Origin: Leucoraja ocellata
Lineage: Eukaryota
Assembly (NCBI GenBank): GCA_036785375.1
Contig: JAWMAR010003537.1
Span: 1-44,781 of the forward strand
Direction: 5' to 3'
DNA length: 44,781 bases
A program made the position numbers and the translations under genes. The notes under the pieces were generated by a model. It saw nothing but the letters and a program-made list of their open reading frames with translations. It was not told where the DNA came from and made no database searches. This document shows, piece after piece, positions 12,272-24,000 of this stretch. Numbering within the stretch: position 1 is the first letter of the stretch; the number at the start of each line of letters is the position of its first letter.

Positions 12272-15200
12272 CTTGACAATAAGTACTCCTGTTTGAGTAC
12301 TGTTGGGGGGGACAGCCTAGCTGGGGGTAGCAACAGCGGCCGGGCCTCTAGTACAGAGACCGGCCCTGTTGCTCAGAAGGGTAAGGAAAAGAAGAGGAGG
12401 GCAGTAGTAATAGGGGACTCTATAGTTAGGGGGTCAGACAGACGATTCTGTGGACGCAGTCTGGAGACCAGGATGGTAGTTTGCCTCCCTGGTGCCAGGG
12501 TCTGAGATGTATCTGAACGTGTCCAAGAAATCCTGAAATGGGAGGGAGAGGAGCCTGAGGTCGTGGTACATATAGGTACCAATGACATGGGTAGAAAAAG
12601 AGAAGAGGTCCTGAAAGGAGAATTTAGGGAGTTAGGAGGAGAGTTAAGGAGAAGGACTGCAAAGGTAACAATCTCAGGATTACTGCTTGTGCCACGCGAC
12701 AGTGAGAGTAGGAATTGAGCGAAGTGGAGGATAAATGCGTGGCTGAACGACTGGTGCAGAGGGCAGGGATTCAAGTTTCTGGATCATTGGGACCTCTTTT
12801 GTGGAAGGTGTGACATGTACAAAAAGGATGGGTTGCACTTGAACCCGAGGGGAACCAAAATATGGTGGGGAGATTTGCAAAGGCTACTGGGGAGACTTTA
12901 AACATGGAATGGTTGGGGGGAGTGACTCAAATAGAGAAAGCCACTCAGACCCAACATGTAGGGGGGAAAGAAGAAAACAATAATAAACAGAGAATAAGAG
13001 GTGGTGGGTTTCTTAAATGTGTGAGCAGAGAGACAGAGGGGTGTAAAATGAGGGTAGAAGCAATAGGTAGCAAGGTGAAAAGTAAAAGTGGCAGGCAGAC
13101 AAAACCAGGGCAAAAATCAAAAAGGGCAACTTTTCAACATAATTGTACAAGTTGGTAAGAGCGTTGTAAAAACAAGCCTGAAGGCTTTGTGTCTCAATGC
13201 AAGGAGCATTCGTAATAAGTTGGATGAGTTGAATGTGCCAATAGCTATTAATGATTATGATATAGTTGGGATCACGGAGACATGGCTCCAGGGTGACCAA
13301 GGCTAGGAGCTGAACATCCAGGAATATTCAATATTCAGGAGGGATAGACAGAATGGAAAAGGAGGTGGGGTAGCGTTGCTGATTAGAGAGGGGATTAATG
13401 CAATGGAAAGGAAGGGCATTAGTTTGGAGGATGTGGAATCGATATGGGTAGAGCTGCGAAACACTAAGGGGCAGAAAATGCTAGTGGGTGATGTGTACAG
13501 GCCACCTAACAGTAGTAGTGGAGTTGGGGATGGTATCAAACAGGAAATTAGAAATGCGTGCGACAAAGGTAAAACAGTTATAATGGGTGACTTCAATCTA
13601 CATATAGATTGGGTGAATCAAATTGGCCGGGGTGCTGAGGAAGAGGATTTCTTGCAATGTTTGTGGGATAGTTTTCTAAACCAACACGTAGAGGAACCAA
13701 CGAGAGAGCAGGCTATTCTAGACTGGGTATTGAGTAATGAGGAAGGGTTAGTTAGCAGTCTTGTTGTACGTGCCCCCTTGGGCAAGAGTGACCATAATAT
13801 GGTTGAGTTCTTCATTGGGATGGAGGTGACATTGTTAATTCAGAAACAAGGGTTCTGAACTTAAGGAAAGGTAACTTTGAGGATATGAGACGTGAATTGG
13901 CCAAGATTGACTGGAAATTGATTCTTAAAGGGTTGACGGTGGATATGCTATGGAAGGCATTTAAAGTCTGCATGGATGAACTACAACAATTGTTCATCCC
14001 AGTTTGGCAAAAGAATAAATCAGGGAAGGTAGTGCATCCGTGGATAACAAGGGAAATCAGGGATAGTATCAAAACAAAAGATGATGCGTACAAATTAGCC
14101 AGAAAAAGCAGCCTACCAGAGGACTGGGAGAAATTCGGAGACCAGCAGAGGAGGACAAAGGGCTTAATTAGGAAAGGAAAAATAGATTATGAAAGAAAAC
14201 TGGCAGGGAACATAAAAACTGACTGCAAATGTTTTTATAGGTACGTGAAGAGAAAGAGATTAGTTAAAATAAATGTAGGTCCCTTGCAGTCAGCAACAGG
14301 TGAATTGATCATGGGGAACAAGGACATGGCAGACCAATTGAATAACTACTTTGGTTCCGTCTTCACAAGGAAGACATAAATAATCTACCGGGGGCCAAAT
14401 GAGACGGAGGAAATCCAGGTTAGTCGGGAAGTGGTGTTAGGTAAATTGAATGGATTAAAGGCCGATAAATCCACAGGGCCGGATAGGCTGCATCCCAGAG
14501 TACTTAAGGTAGTAGCCCCAGAAATAGTGGATGCATTAGTGATAATTTTTCAAAACTCTTTAGATTCTGGAGTAGTTCCTGAGGATTGGAGGGTAGCTAT
14601 TGTATTGTATTGTATTCAAATTTATTGTCATTGTCTCAATTTGAGACAACGAAATGAATTTCCCTTACAGGCAGTATCATAAAAAAAAATTATAAATAAA
14701 TAATAAATAAATAATAAAACATATTAAAAATAAAATTGAAATTGAATTTAAAAAAAAGCACAAACACAGAAAGTCCACGACACAACATAACATAAATGGC
14801 ACCCAGGTGAGGAAGGCACCATAGTCCAGCCAGCCTCCCCTCCGTGTTCATCCGTGTTCATCCGTGGTCGGGGCCTTCCGAGCACCCGCAGTCGCCGCCC
14901 CGGGTGGCCCGATGTTCAGGCCCTCACGCCGGGCTGGTGGAACGCCGACGCCGAACCCCGACGGTGAGCATCCTCCTCCTCAGCGGCCCGGACCTCCCGA
15001 TCAGCCGCCTCCCGCTGCCGGAGTCTGCAGCTCCTGAGTCCACAGGCCAAGCCGGGCAGAGTCACAGGACCCCGCGCTGTCCATCAGCGCCGCCCACGTT
15101 GGGAGCTCCGCAAACCGCAGCTCCAGGATGTCGGTGCAGCAGGTCCAGCACTCCGGGCTCCAGACGGCGACCCCCGGTAAGGCATCGCCAGCCCGCAATG

Positions 15201-16960
15201 TTCCAGCGCTGTCCCGCCGCTGCTGGAGCTCCGGTCGATCCCGACAGGAAAGGCCGCGCCAATCCAGGTAGGTAGGCCGCTGTTGGGGGAGGGGGGGGCG
15301 AGGACACGACTCAAATAATAGTCGCGTCCTCACCAGGAAGCGGCTGAAGGACGGTATCCCCCGCACCGTGCCCTCTTCCCCCACGTAAAAACACCAAAAA
15401 AACACACAAAAACACACTTTTACATAACTAAATAAACAAAAAAACAAAAAGATACCGGGCTGTAGGTGGAGGCTGCTGGCACCAGCGCCACCGGAAGTAC
15501 AACACATGCTAATGTAACCCACTTTTTAAAAAGGAGGGAGAGAGAAAATGGGGAATTACAGACCAGTTAGTCTAACAACGGTAGTGGGGAAACTGCTAGA
15601 GTCAGTTATTAAAGATGGGATAGCAGCACATTTGGAAAGTGGTGAAATCATTGGACAAAGTCAGCATGGATTTATGAAAGCTAAATCATGTCTGACGAAT
15701 CTTATAGAATTTTTCGAGGATGTAACTAGTAGCGTCGATAGGGGAGAACCAGTGGATGTGGTGTATCTGGACTTCCAGAAGGCTTTCAACAAGGTCCCAC
15801 ATAAGAGATTAGTATGCAAACTTAAAGCACACGGTATTGGGGGTTCAGTATTGATGTGGATAGAGAACTGGCTGGCAAACAGGAAGAAAAAAGCAGAAGT
15901 AAACGGGTCCTTTTCAGAATGGCAGGCAGTGACTAGTGGGGTACCGCAAGGCTCAGTGCTGGGACCCCAGCTATTTACAATATATATTAATGATTTGGAC
16001 GAGGGAATTGAATGCAACATCACCAAGTTTGCGGATGACACGAAGCTGGGGAGGGGGGCAGTGTTAGTTGTGAGAAGGATGCTAGGAGGCTGCAAGGTGA
16101 CTTGGATAGGCTGGGTGAGTGGGCAAATGCATGGCAGATGCAGTACAATGTGGATAAATGTGAGGTTATCCACTTTGATGGCAACAACAAGAAAGTAGAC
16201 TATGATCTAAATGGTGGCCGATTGGGAAAAGGGGAGATGCAACGAGACCTGGGTGTCATGGTACACCAGTCATTGAAAATAGGCATGCAGGTGCAGCAGG
16301 CAGTGAAGAAAGCGAATGGTATGTTAGCATTCATAGCAAAAGGATTTGAGTATAGGAGCAGGGAGGTTCTACTGCAGTTGTACAGGGTCTTGGTGAGACC
16401 ACACCTGGAGTATTATGTACAGTTTTGGTCTCCAAATCTGAGGAAAGACATTCTTGCCATAGAGGGAGTACAGAGAAGGTTCACCAGACTGATTCCTGGG
16501 ATGTCAGGACTTTCATATGAAGAAAGACTGGATAGACTCGGTTTGTACTTGCTAGAATTTAGAAGATTGAAGGGGTTCTTATAGAAACTTACAAAATTCT
16601 TAAGGGGTTGGACAGGCTAGATGCAGGAAGATTGTTCCCGATGTTGGGGAAGTCCAGGACAAAGGATCATAGTTTAAGGGTAAAGGGGAAATCCTTTAGG
16701 ACCGAGATGAGAAAAACGTTTTTCACACCGACAGGGGTGAATTTCTGGTATTCTCCGCCACAGAATGTAGTTGAGGCCAGTTCATTGGCTATATTTAAGA
16801 GGGAGTTAGATGTGGCCCTTGTGACTAAAGGGATCAGAGGGTATGGAGAGAAGTCAGGTACAGGATACTGAGTTGGATGATCAGCCATGATCATATTGAA
16901 TGGCGGTGCAGGCTCGAAGGGTCGAATGGCCTACTCCTGCACCTATTTTCTATGTTTCTA
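12272..16960 (+). mobile_element. Near-complete, 5'-truncated CR1 LINE (ORF1 SGNH esterase plus ORF2 EN-RT), frameshifted
   Basis: VVIGDSIVRG, HIGTND, DGLHLN (GDSL/SGNH); ITETWL, MGDFN, GKSDH; [23 protein letters not shown]; tail TTTCTATG; TSD/microhomology TGAC at 12268-12271 and 16961-16964. Confidence 0.95.
14600..15507 (-). mobile_element. GC-rich non-autonomous retroposon E2 with Rex1-type tail, inserted in CR1 ORF2
   Basis: TSD GCTA (14596-14599 and 15508-15511); 5' ACTTCCGGTGGCG; tail CATTTCGTTGTCTCAAATTGAGACAATGACAATAAA...(AATAC)n. Confidence 0.85.
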
Positions 16961-17037
16961 TGACTCCAGCAGATATACCGACAATGCTTAGCTGTGATTA
17001 AATGGTTCCATTCTATAGGTGCAAAGAAATTGACTTT

Positions 17038-18048
17038 GTTTTAAATTAGATGCAAGTACAATAATATGGTATATATTGGCATGCTACATTTCATGTACAG
17101 CTTCTTATTATTTTTATTTTAACAATGAAAAGGAGACAGAAAAAGTATAGAAAAAAAATAGAGAAGTGTGTGATATCAGAAAGTGAGAAAAGGAAAATGA
17201 GAAAAGAAAGAAAATGAAGAGAAAAGCAGATGAAGAAAGCAGAAGAATAAAGGAGTGATTTGTTATTCTGCCACCATTCACCCAGTCCTGAAACGGATCG
17301 TTTCTACGTGTGTGTTGCACGATTTGCTTGTAAGAAGTCGACAAATGGACACCAAATCCTTTGGAATTGGTCTACTTTGTCTGTTAGGAGGAATCGTATT
17401 TCTTCAAGATGTTGGGTTTTCAACATGTTTGAAATCCACATTTTAAGCGTTGGTATCGATGTATTTTTCCAAAATGTCAGTATACGTTTTTTTGCCGTTA
17501 TTAAACCATAATTAAGGAATGATTTTTGAAACGTATTCAATTTATTCTCGAGTTCCAGTAATCCAAATATAATCAATTCAGTGTTAGGATCAAGTTTTAT
17601 CTTAAGTAATTTTGTGAAAATTTCAAAGATTTATCTCCAAAATTTGTGTAATTTTATACAAGAAACAAAAGAGTGTGCTATAGTGGCATTCTGAGATAAA
17701 CATTTATCACAAATGGGGGAAGTATTTGGGTAGAATTTGTGCAATCTAGTTTTCGAATAATTTCATCTGTGTAGAATTTTTAATTGAATTAAATTATGTC
17801 TTGCATTAATCGAACATTTATGTATATATATCAAGTGTTTTTCCCAAGTTTCTTTTGGGATTTTTATCAGTAGTTCTCATCCCATTCTTCTCTAAGTGCC
17901 TCTGTCTGTGGTAATTCTATATTTAAGATACTATTGTATAAATATGATATTAATTTCCTTGATTCAGCCTTATTGTTCATTGCATCTTCCAATGAGTCTA
18001 GAGTTAAAGTTTGGTATCCTTGTAAATATTTTTTCAGGAAGTTGACTT
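17038..18048 (-). mobile_element. L1/Tx1-like LINE 3' fragment
   Basis: Minus translation includes SKTRLHKFYPNTSPICDKC...HSFVSC..LHKFW (CCHC/zf-RVT-like) and ORF 17304-17576 (AKKRILTFWK...PTLKMW...FQRIWCPF). 12-bp TSD GAAATTGACTTT at 17026-17037 and 18049-18060; the empty site is visible in copy B at about 27405. Confidence 0.85.
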
Positions 18049-18738
18049 GAAATTGACTTTTGACTGAACTGTCATCGATGTTTGTTCGATAGACATTTTG
18101 TAACTTTCATGGTGCCAGAAACATGGCGACCCTTTGTGCACTGCCTAGGTGAGGTCTGCTGTACGATTTAACTAGATTGTATGCAAACATAAAGAATTTC
18201 ATTGCACCTAGCTGCATGCGGCAATAAAGTATCATTGATTCGTTGAATCATTAATTTTGTTGCATTGCGGTGCATTCATTTGCTAAAACAAATTGGAATA
18301 TACAATAGGCGGGGGAACACATGGATCGCAGCATTTGTCGATTTTTAAAACGTCTGTGTGTTCTGGCTATAGAACATGGACCCCACTGACCCCCCCAGAT
18401 ATGTTTTACATTTTCACACACGCCTACATTATATCACGCAGTGACCTTCACACAGAAGCGCTCACTTCATGTACACGGCTGCAGTGTGAAAAGGGGAACA
18501 TCCATTCGGTATTTTACTCATTTTTATCTGTGTGGTGTGTGACTAGCAATCATACCCACGATATGAACTACATTATATCTCTGTGTCAGATAATCTCTAA
18601 ACAGATTCCATACAGAATCTAAGAGACATTGATCCCACTGTAAACGTGAAAGCTAATCCCAATCAAACACAGTAGCCGGGATTTACATGATCAGAATGGA
18701 TACTCCTGACAGTTTAACTGAAATGATGCAGCATGCAA

Positions 18739-18781
18739 CCAATGAGATTGGTAGCTGGAATTTGCGAGATCTGTTGCTAGG
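18739..18781 (-). promoter_or_regulatory. MHC-type X1-box (RFX) plus Y-box (NF-Y) module
   Basis: Minus strand CCTAGCAACAGATC-N21-CTCATTGG, compared with the HLA-DRA module as I recall it, CCTAGCAACAGATG-N20-CTGATTGG. Confidence 0.5.
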
Positions 18782-19277
18782 TAGTTTTTTATTTTGTTCG
18801 TTGTTATTCACCATCGGAGTTTTCAATGTTTGAGCAGCAGACTGAAAGTGCCTCATTAATTTAGCAGCACGACCGACACAGGTGTTTCCTTTCAGTTACA
18901 TGGTGAGCTCTTGCCCATCATTCACAATGAAATGTTTTGTCTGTAGATGAGGGGGGATATTCTGATTCGGCAGAATCGAAAATGCATTCATTCCGCATGC
19001 TATTAGTAATTTTATCATTTATTCAATGCGCATTCTTATGATAATAAGGACTATCTCTGCTGAGCCACATAAACACAAACAATTAGAGGGAAGTTTGAGG
19101 CGTTAATAAAGTTAATTTAGATTTCCCCACTTTGATGTAATGGACATGTAGTCTTGTAGAAGAAATGGGGAAGATGATCGATACGTTACCGAATTTAAAT
19201 GAATTTAATATTACATAGGCAGACAAAAGGTTACAGATGAATCGCATGAGTGGGCCGTTCGATCTCAGATTACAGGT

Positions 19278-21003
19278 TAGAAACATAGAAACATAGAAAC
19301 TTAGAAATTAAGGTGCAGGAGGCCATTCGGCCCTTCGAGCCAGTACCACCATTCAATATGATCATTGCAGATCATCCAAAATCTGTACCAGCATTTTCTC
19401 CATATCCCTAGAATTAGTTAACGCTAAGAAGCTAAATCTAAACTTCTTTGAAAACATCCAGTGACTTGACCTCCACTGCCTCCTCTGGCAGATAATCCCA
19501 CAGATTCACACCTCTCATGAACAAAGAAATGGCAGATGAGTTGAACAGATACTTTGGATCTGCCTTCACTAAGGAGGACACAAACAATCTTCCGGATATA
19601 GTAGTGGCCATAGGTACTGGGGTGATGGAGGAACTGAAGGAAATCCATATTAGGCAGGAAATGGTGTTGGATAGACTGATGGGACTGAAGGCTGATAAAT
19701 CCTCAGTGCCTGATGGTCTGCATCCCAGGGTACTTAAGGAAGCGGCTCTAGAAATCGTGGATAGATTGGTGATAAGAGTTCCTTCTGCAGTTGTACAGAG
19801 CCCGAGTGAGACCACACCTGGAGTATTGTGTGCAGTTTTGTTCCCCTAATTTGAGGAAGGACATTCTTGCTATTGAGGGAGTGCAGCGTAGGTTTAGAAA
19901 ATAGAAAATAGGTGCAGGGGTAGGCCATTTGGCGCTTCGAGCCTGCACCGCCATTCGATATGATCATGGCTACAAGGTTTACAAGGTTAATTCTCAGGAT
20001 GGCGGGACTGTCAGATGCTGAGAGAATGGAGCTGCTGGGCTTGTATACTCTGGAGTTTAGAAGGATGAGAAGGTGTCTCATTGAAACATAAGATTGTTAA
20101 GGGTTTGGACACGCTAGAGGCAGGAAACATGTTCCCGATGTTGGGGGAGTCCAGAACCAGAGGCCACAGTTTAAGAATAAGGAGTAAGCCATTTAGAACT
20201 GTGACGAGGAAACACTTTTTCGCACAGAGAGTGGTGAGTCTGTGGAATTCTCTGCCTCAGAGGGCGGTGGAGGCCGGTTCTCTGGATGCTTTCAAGAGAG
20301 AGCTAGATAGGGCTCTTAAAGATAGTGGAGTCAGGGGATATGGAGAGAAGGCAAGAACGGGGTACTGATTGGGGATGATCAGCTGTGATCATATTGAATG
20401 GTGGTGCTGGCTTGAAGGGCTGAATGGCCTCCTCCTGCACCTATTGTCTATTGTCTCTCCAGGTGAAAACGTTTTTCTTCATCTCAGTCCTAAATGGCCT
20501 ATCCCTTAATCTTAAACAGTGACCCTGGTTTTGGACTCCCCCAACATCGGGACCATCATGTTTGCATCTACCCTGTCCAGTGCTCTAATAATGTTATATG
20601 TTTCTATAAGATCCCCTCTCATCCTCCTAAATTCCAGCAAATACAAGTCCAGTCAACGCATTCTTTCATCATACGTCAGTCCCGTCATCCCGGGATTTAA
20701 CCTGGTGAACCTATGCTGCACTCACTCAATAGCAATAAGGTCCTTCCTCAAATTAGGGGATCAAAGTGGCACACAATACTCCAGGTGCGGTCTCACCAGG
20801 GCTCTGTACAACTGCTGTAGAACATCTAAACTCAAATCCTCTCGCTATGAAGGCCAACATGCCATTAGCTTTCTTCACTGTATACTGTACCTGCATGCTT
20901 ACTTTCAGTGTGATGTACACAGCCAGGTCTCTTGCACATCCTCTTCTCATAACCTGACACTATTCAGGTAATAATCTGCCTTCTTGTTTTGTATAACCTC
21001 ACA
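19278..21003. mobile_element. Cluster of CR1 fragments: about 19278-19515 minus, 19516-20456 plus (with a short minus tail nested at about 19897-19973, TSD AGGTTTA), and 20457-21003 minus continuing at 26022 after the DIRS
   Basis: ORF2 motifs (DGLHPRVLKE, LWNSLPQ), ATTGTCT and TTTCTA tails. Confidence 0.85.
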
Positions 21004-24000
21004 TTTTACTTCGGAATCACGTGAGTGACTACGTGAAGACCCCGCCAGCACGCATGCGCGGCATATCGTCTATCGCATTGCACAACGACTGGCTGGCAGG
21101 CGCGATTCTCCTGCCAGCAGTCAGACCTGAAGGTAAGTTTTTGAAACATTTTCCAGGTTTTATCTTCCTGCAGGAACCTCTGCTTAAAGGTCCTGCTAAA
21201 GCCCGGAGCGTTGCCCCCGCAGCAGAAGGTTTAAAACAGGACCTGCGGGAAAATTCTTTACTCTCAGGTTGTTTAGTTCTATTTCTGTGAGGATGTGTTA
21301 CAGGAAAGGTACCATGGACTAAGTCCAAATGGAGACTGACTGTGGAGGACCATGGGAGTGCGGGTAGTCAGCAGCGGTTGGCTACACCTGGACCGCTAAT
21401 CGATCATCATTCTCCGACCTGGCACCTGCACAGCACGTATGGACATCACAGACTGGCGGGAAGTCCAAGCAGAAGTCGGACAGACCGAAGGGAGTCGGGC
21501 TGTGAAGACTGTGATCACATATCCCGCATGGAGCGGTTGATGGAGCAGATGCTCCAACGTGACATGCTCCAGTATATGGAGTTTAGTCACCATGGGGTCC
21601 TAGGACGCCCATGGCCGCACCTCATAGAGGGCTGCATAATGCATCTCCCTCGACAGAGGGGAGCATTAGGAGACACTTCTGGGCTGACTCTGAAGACAGG
21701 GGTTTGGCTGAAGATACCACAAGTGTGCTGCGGGTGCAGGAACAACAACCAGCAGCAAGGCTGTGAATGACATCTCCGGTGGCAGCACCCCTATGCACTC
21801 ACCAGCAAACCATGGAAACTGGTGAAAGCTTGAAGGCCGTACAACCAGGACAAAGGTCTTTTCAGGCCATAGCCCAGAACGGCCTTCCTGGAAGATGCGC
21901 CAACCCCGTACTCGAAGCTTCTCTTCCTCCCAGGAGCAGAATTTGCAAAATGATGCACACGAGGTTAAGACTGACTGAAGTCACTGACGGAAGTCAGGAC
22001 AAGATACAAGATACAATTTATTTGTCATTTGGACCCCTTAAGGTCCAAACGAAATGACGTTTCTGCAGCCATACATTACAAACAAATAGACCCAAGACAC
22101 AACATAATTTACATAAACATCCATCACATGGCTGTGATGGAAGGCCAAAAAAACTTATCTCTCCACTGCACTCCCCCCCCCCCCCCCCGATGTCAGAGTC
22201 AAAGTCAAAGCCCCCGGCTGGCGATGGCGATTGTCCCGCGCCCATTAAAGCCACGCCGGGTGGTGCAAGGTCGCACACCGGGTTCTTTATGTTAGAGCCC
22301 CCGGCGTGAGCTCGCAGAGTCCCGCGGCCATTCCAAGCCGCGCGGGGCGGTGCTGTAAGGCCCCGCTCCAGGAACTCTTCGACCCCGCAACTCGGGCGGG
22401 AGAAGTCGCCGTTGCGGGAGCCCTGAAAAGCGGTCTCCCTCCAGGGACCCGCGGGCTCCCGGTGCCGCCGTCCGCCAGACCCGCAGTTGCAGCCTCCGAA
22501 TCTCCGGAGGTCGGGCCGCAGCAGCAGCAGCGCTCCACCACCGCTCCACCCGCTCTGGACTCGGCCAGCTCCGCAACGGTGAGGTGAGTCGTCGGCACCA
22601 GAGCCCCAGGTCTTCCTGTTGGAGGCCGCTCCATGTTACAGCCCCAACGACAACGGAGACCCGACAAAGAAAAGGTCAGGTCTCCCGTGCAGGGAGAGAT
22701 TTAAAAGTTACCCCCTCCCATCCCACCCCAACCCCCCCACACACATACCTCAACAAAAAATAACAAAAACTACATAAAAACATAGACAAAAAATAATAAA
22801 AACGCAGATGGGCTGCAGAGGCCGCTGCTGACGAGAGTCGCGCCGCCTACCGTGTCAGGAGGGTCCCCTCCGGCATGGGTTCGGCCTCGGATGTTTTACC
22901 CATCCTGATTGGCCAGGGAGGGCCATATCAGCGCAGGTCTCCTCGAGAGCCTGTGGCCACACCCTTTTCAGGGTTGCCTACAAAACTCCCTTCTGCGAAG
23001 GTGAGTACGAGGGGTCAGTTGGCAACTGACTCTGAACTCGGAAGCACTCTGAACTCTGAACTCGGGAGCATGTCCGAGGAACAGGTGCCGGCTGGGAGAT
23101 ACCATGCACCTGAAAAGACATGGGTCCACATGCACCAGCAGCCCTACGCTCCAATCAAGGATGGAAATCGAACCCGCATCGGGGGCCTTTTGGGTTTACC
23201 ATAAAACCCCCGGTAGCCATGACGGCAGGTGGGTCTGGGTTTTTCCTAAAACGTAGTGTTGTGGACCATTTACATGAAGGTTGGATGTGATTAGTTTATA
23301 CTGCACAGTACAAGCGAGACAGTCTCGGAATATGGCTGGAGTTGCCTCTTTAGGCAGGTTCGCTATAATGACAGATGAGGCCTGTTCATTATCAACAAGC
23401 TCAACTCGCATGTGCAGTATAGACATTGAAACTTCGTGACTATTAATTCCCATGGGGTCAGCTTCATTCACAGGGCACCGGAAATACCTGAAATTTAACT
23501 GGATGGGGCAATGATATAGCAAAATAGGGAAACCAGCTCCCAGGTTATTTATTAAATTAATGCTTCGGCAGCTCAGAGCTAAACAATATTGTTAAGAACT
23601 ATCTGGATGAAATTTAAACGCTGTATTTTGCTAAGTTAGCTGTATCAGCCACAAAACCATTTGAGAAATTGGGTTCTCATCTGTCCAGATAAATTTAAGT
23701 TGATGCCAACTGAAATTATTGATTATTGGGATTACCTTTAACTCTATTAATCATCTGGGACTCCGCCCTGAGGTAAGGGATTGGAATTAATTGAAGCCCG
23801 TAACAAACCTGATCAAACAGCCTTCTGTTCATCAAGTATAATTGGCTTACAGCTGTGCTATTTGGGCCTTTGCACAATCAAAACAATACAGCATGCAAAA
23901 GAAGTAAGCACTCAAGTACCATGTGGTCATTGTTACCAGCTCTATGCTACTCCACTAAATCAGCAAATCTTCAGTTAAATTACAAACTGATGCTATTGTT

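Larger units (their letters stand above)
12057..19294. repeat. Copy A of a locally duplicated segment (pieces 12057-12271, 16961-17037, 18061-19294), split by CR1 and L1 insertions
   Basis: Colinear with 27118-29041, e.g. GTCTCGTCAAGGATTACCCTCCCCTATAATATT and CAGATAATCTCTAAACAGATTCCATACAGAATCTAAGAGACATTGATCCC in both. Confidence 0.95.
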
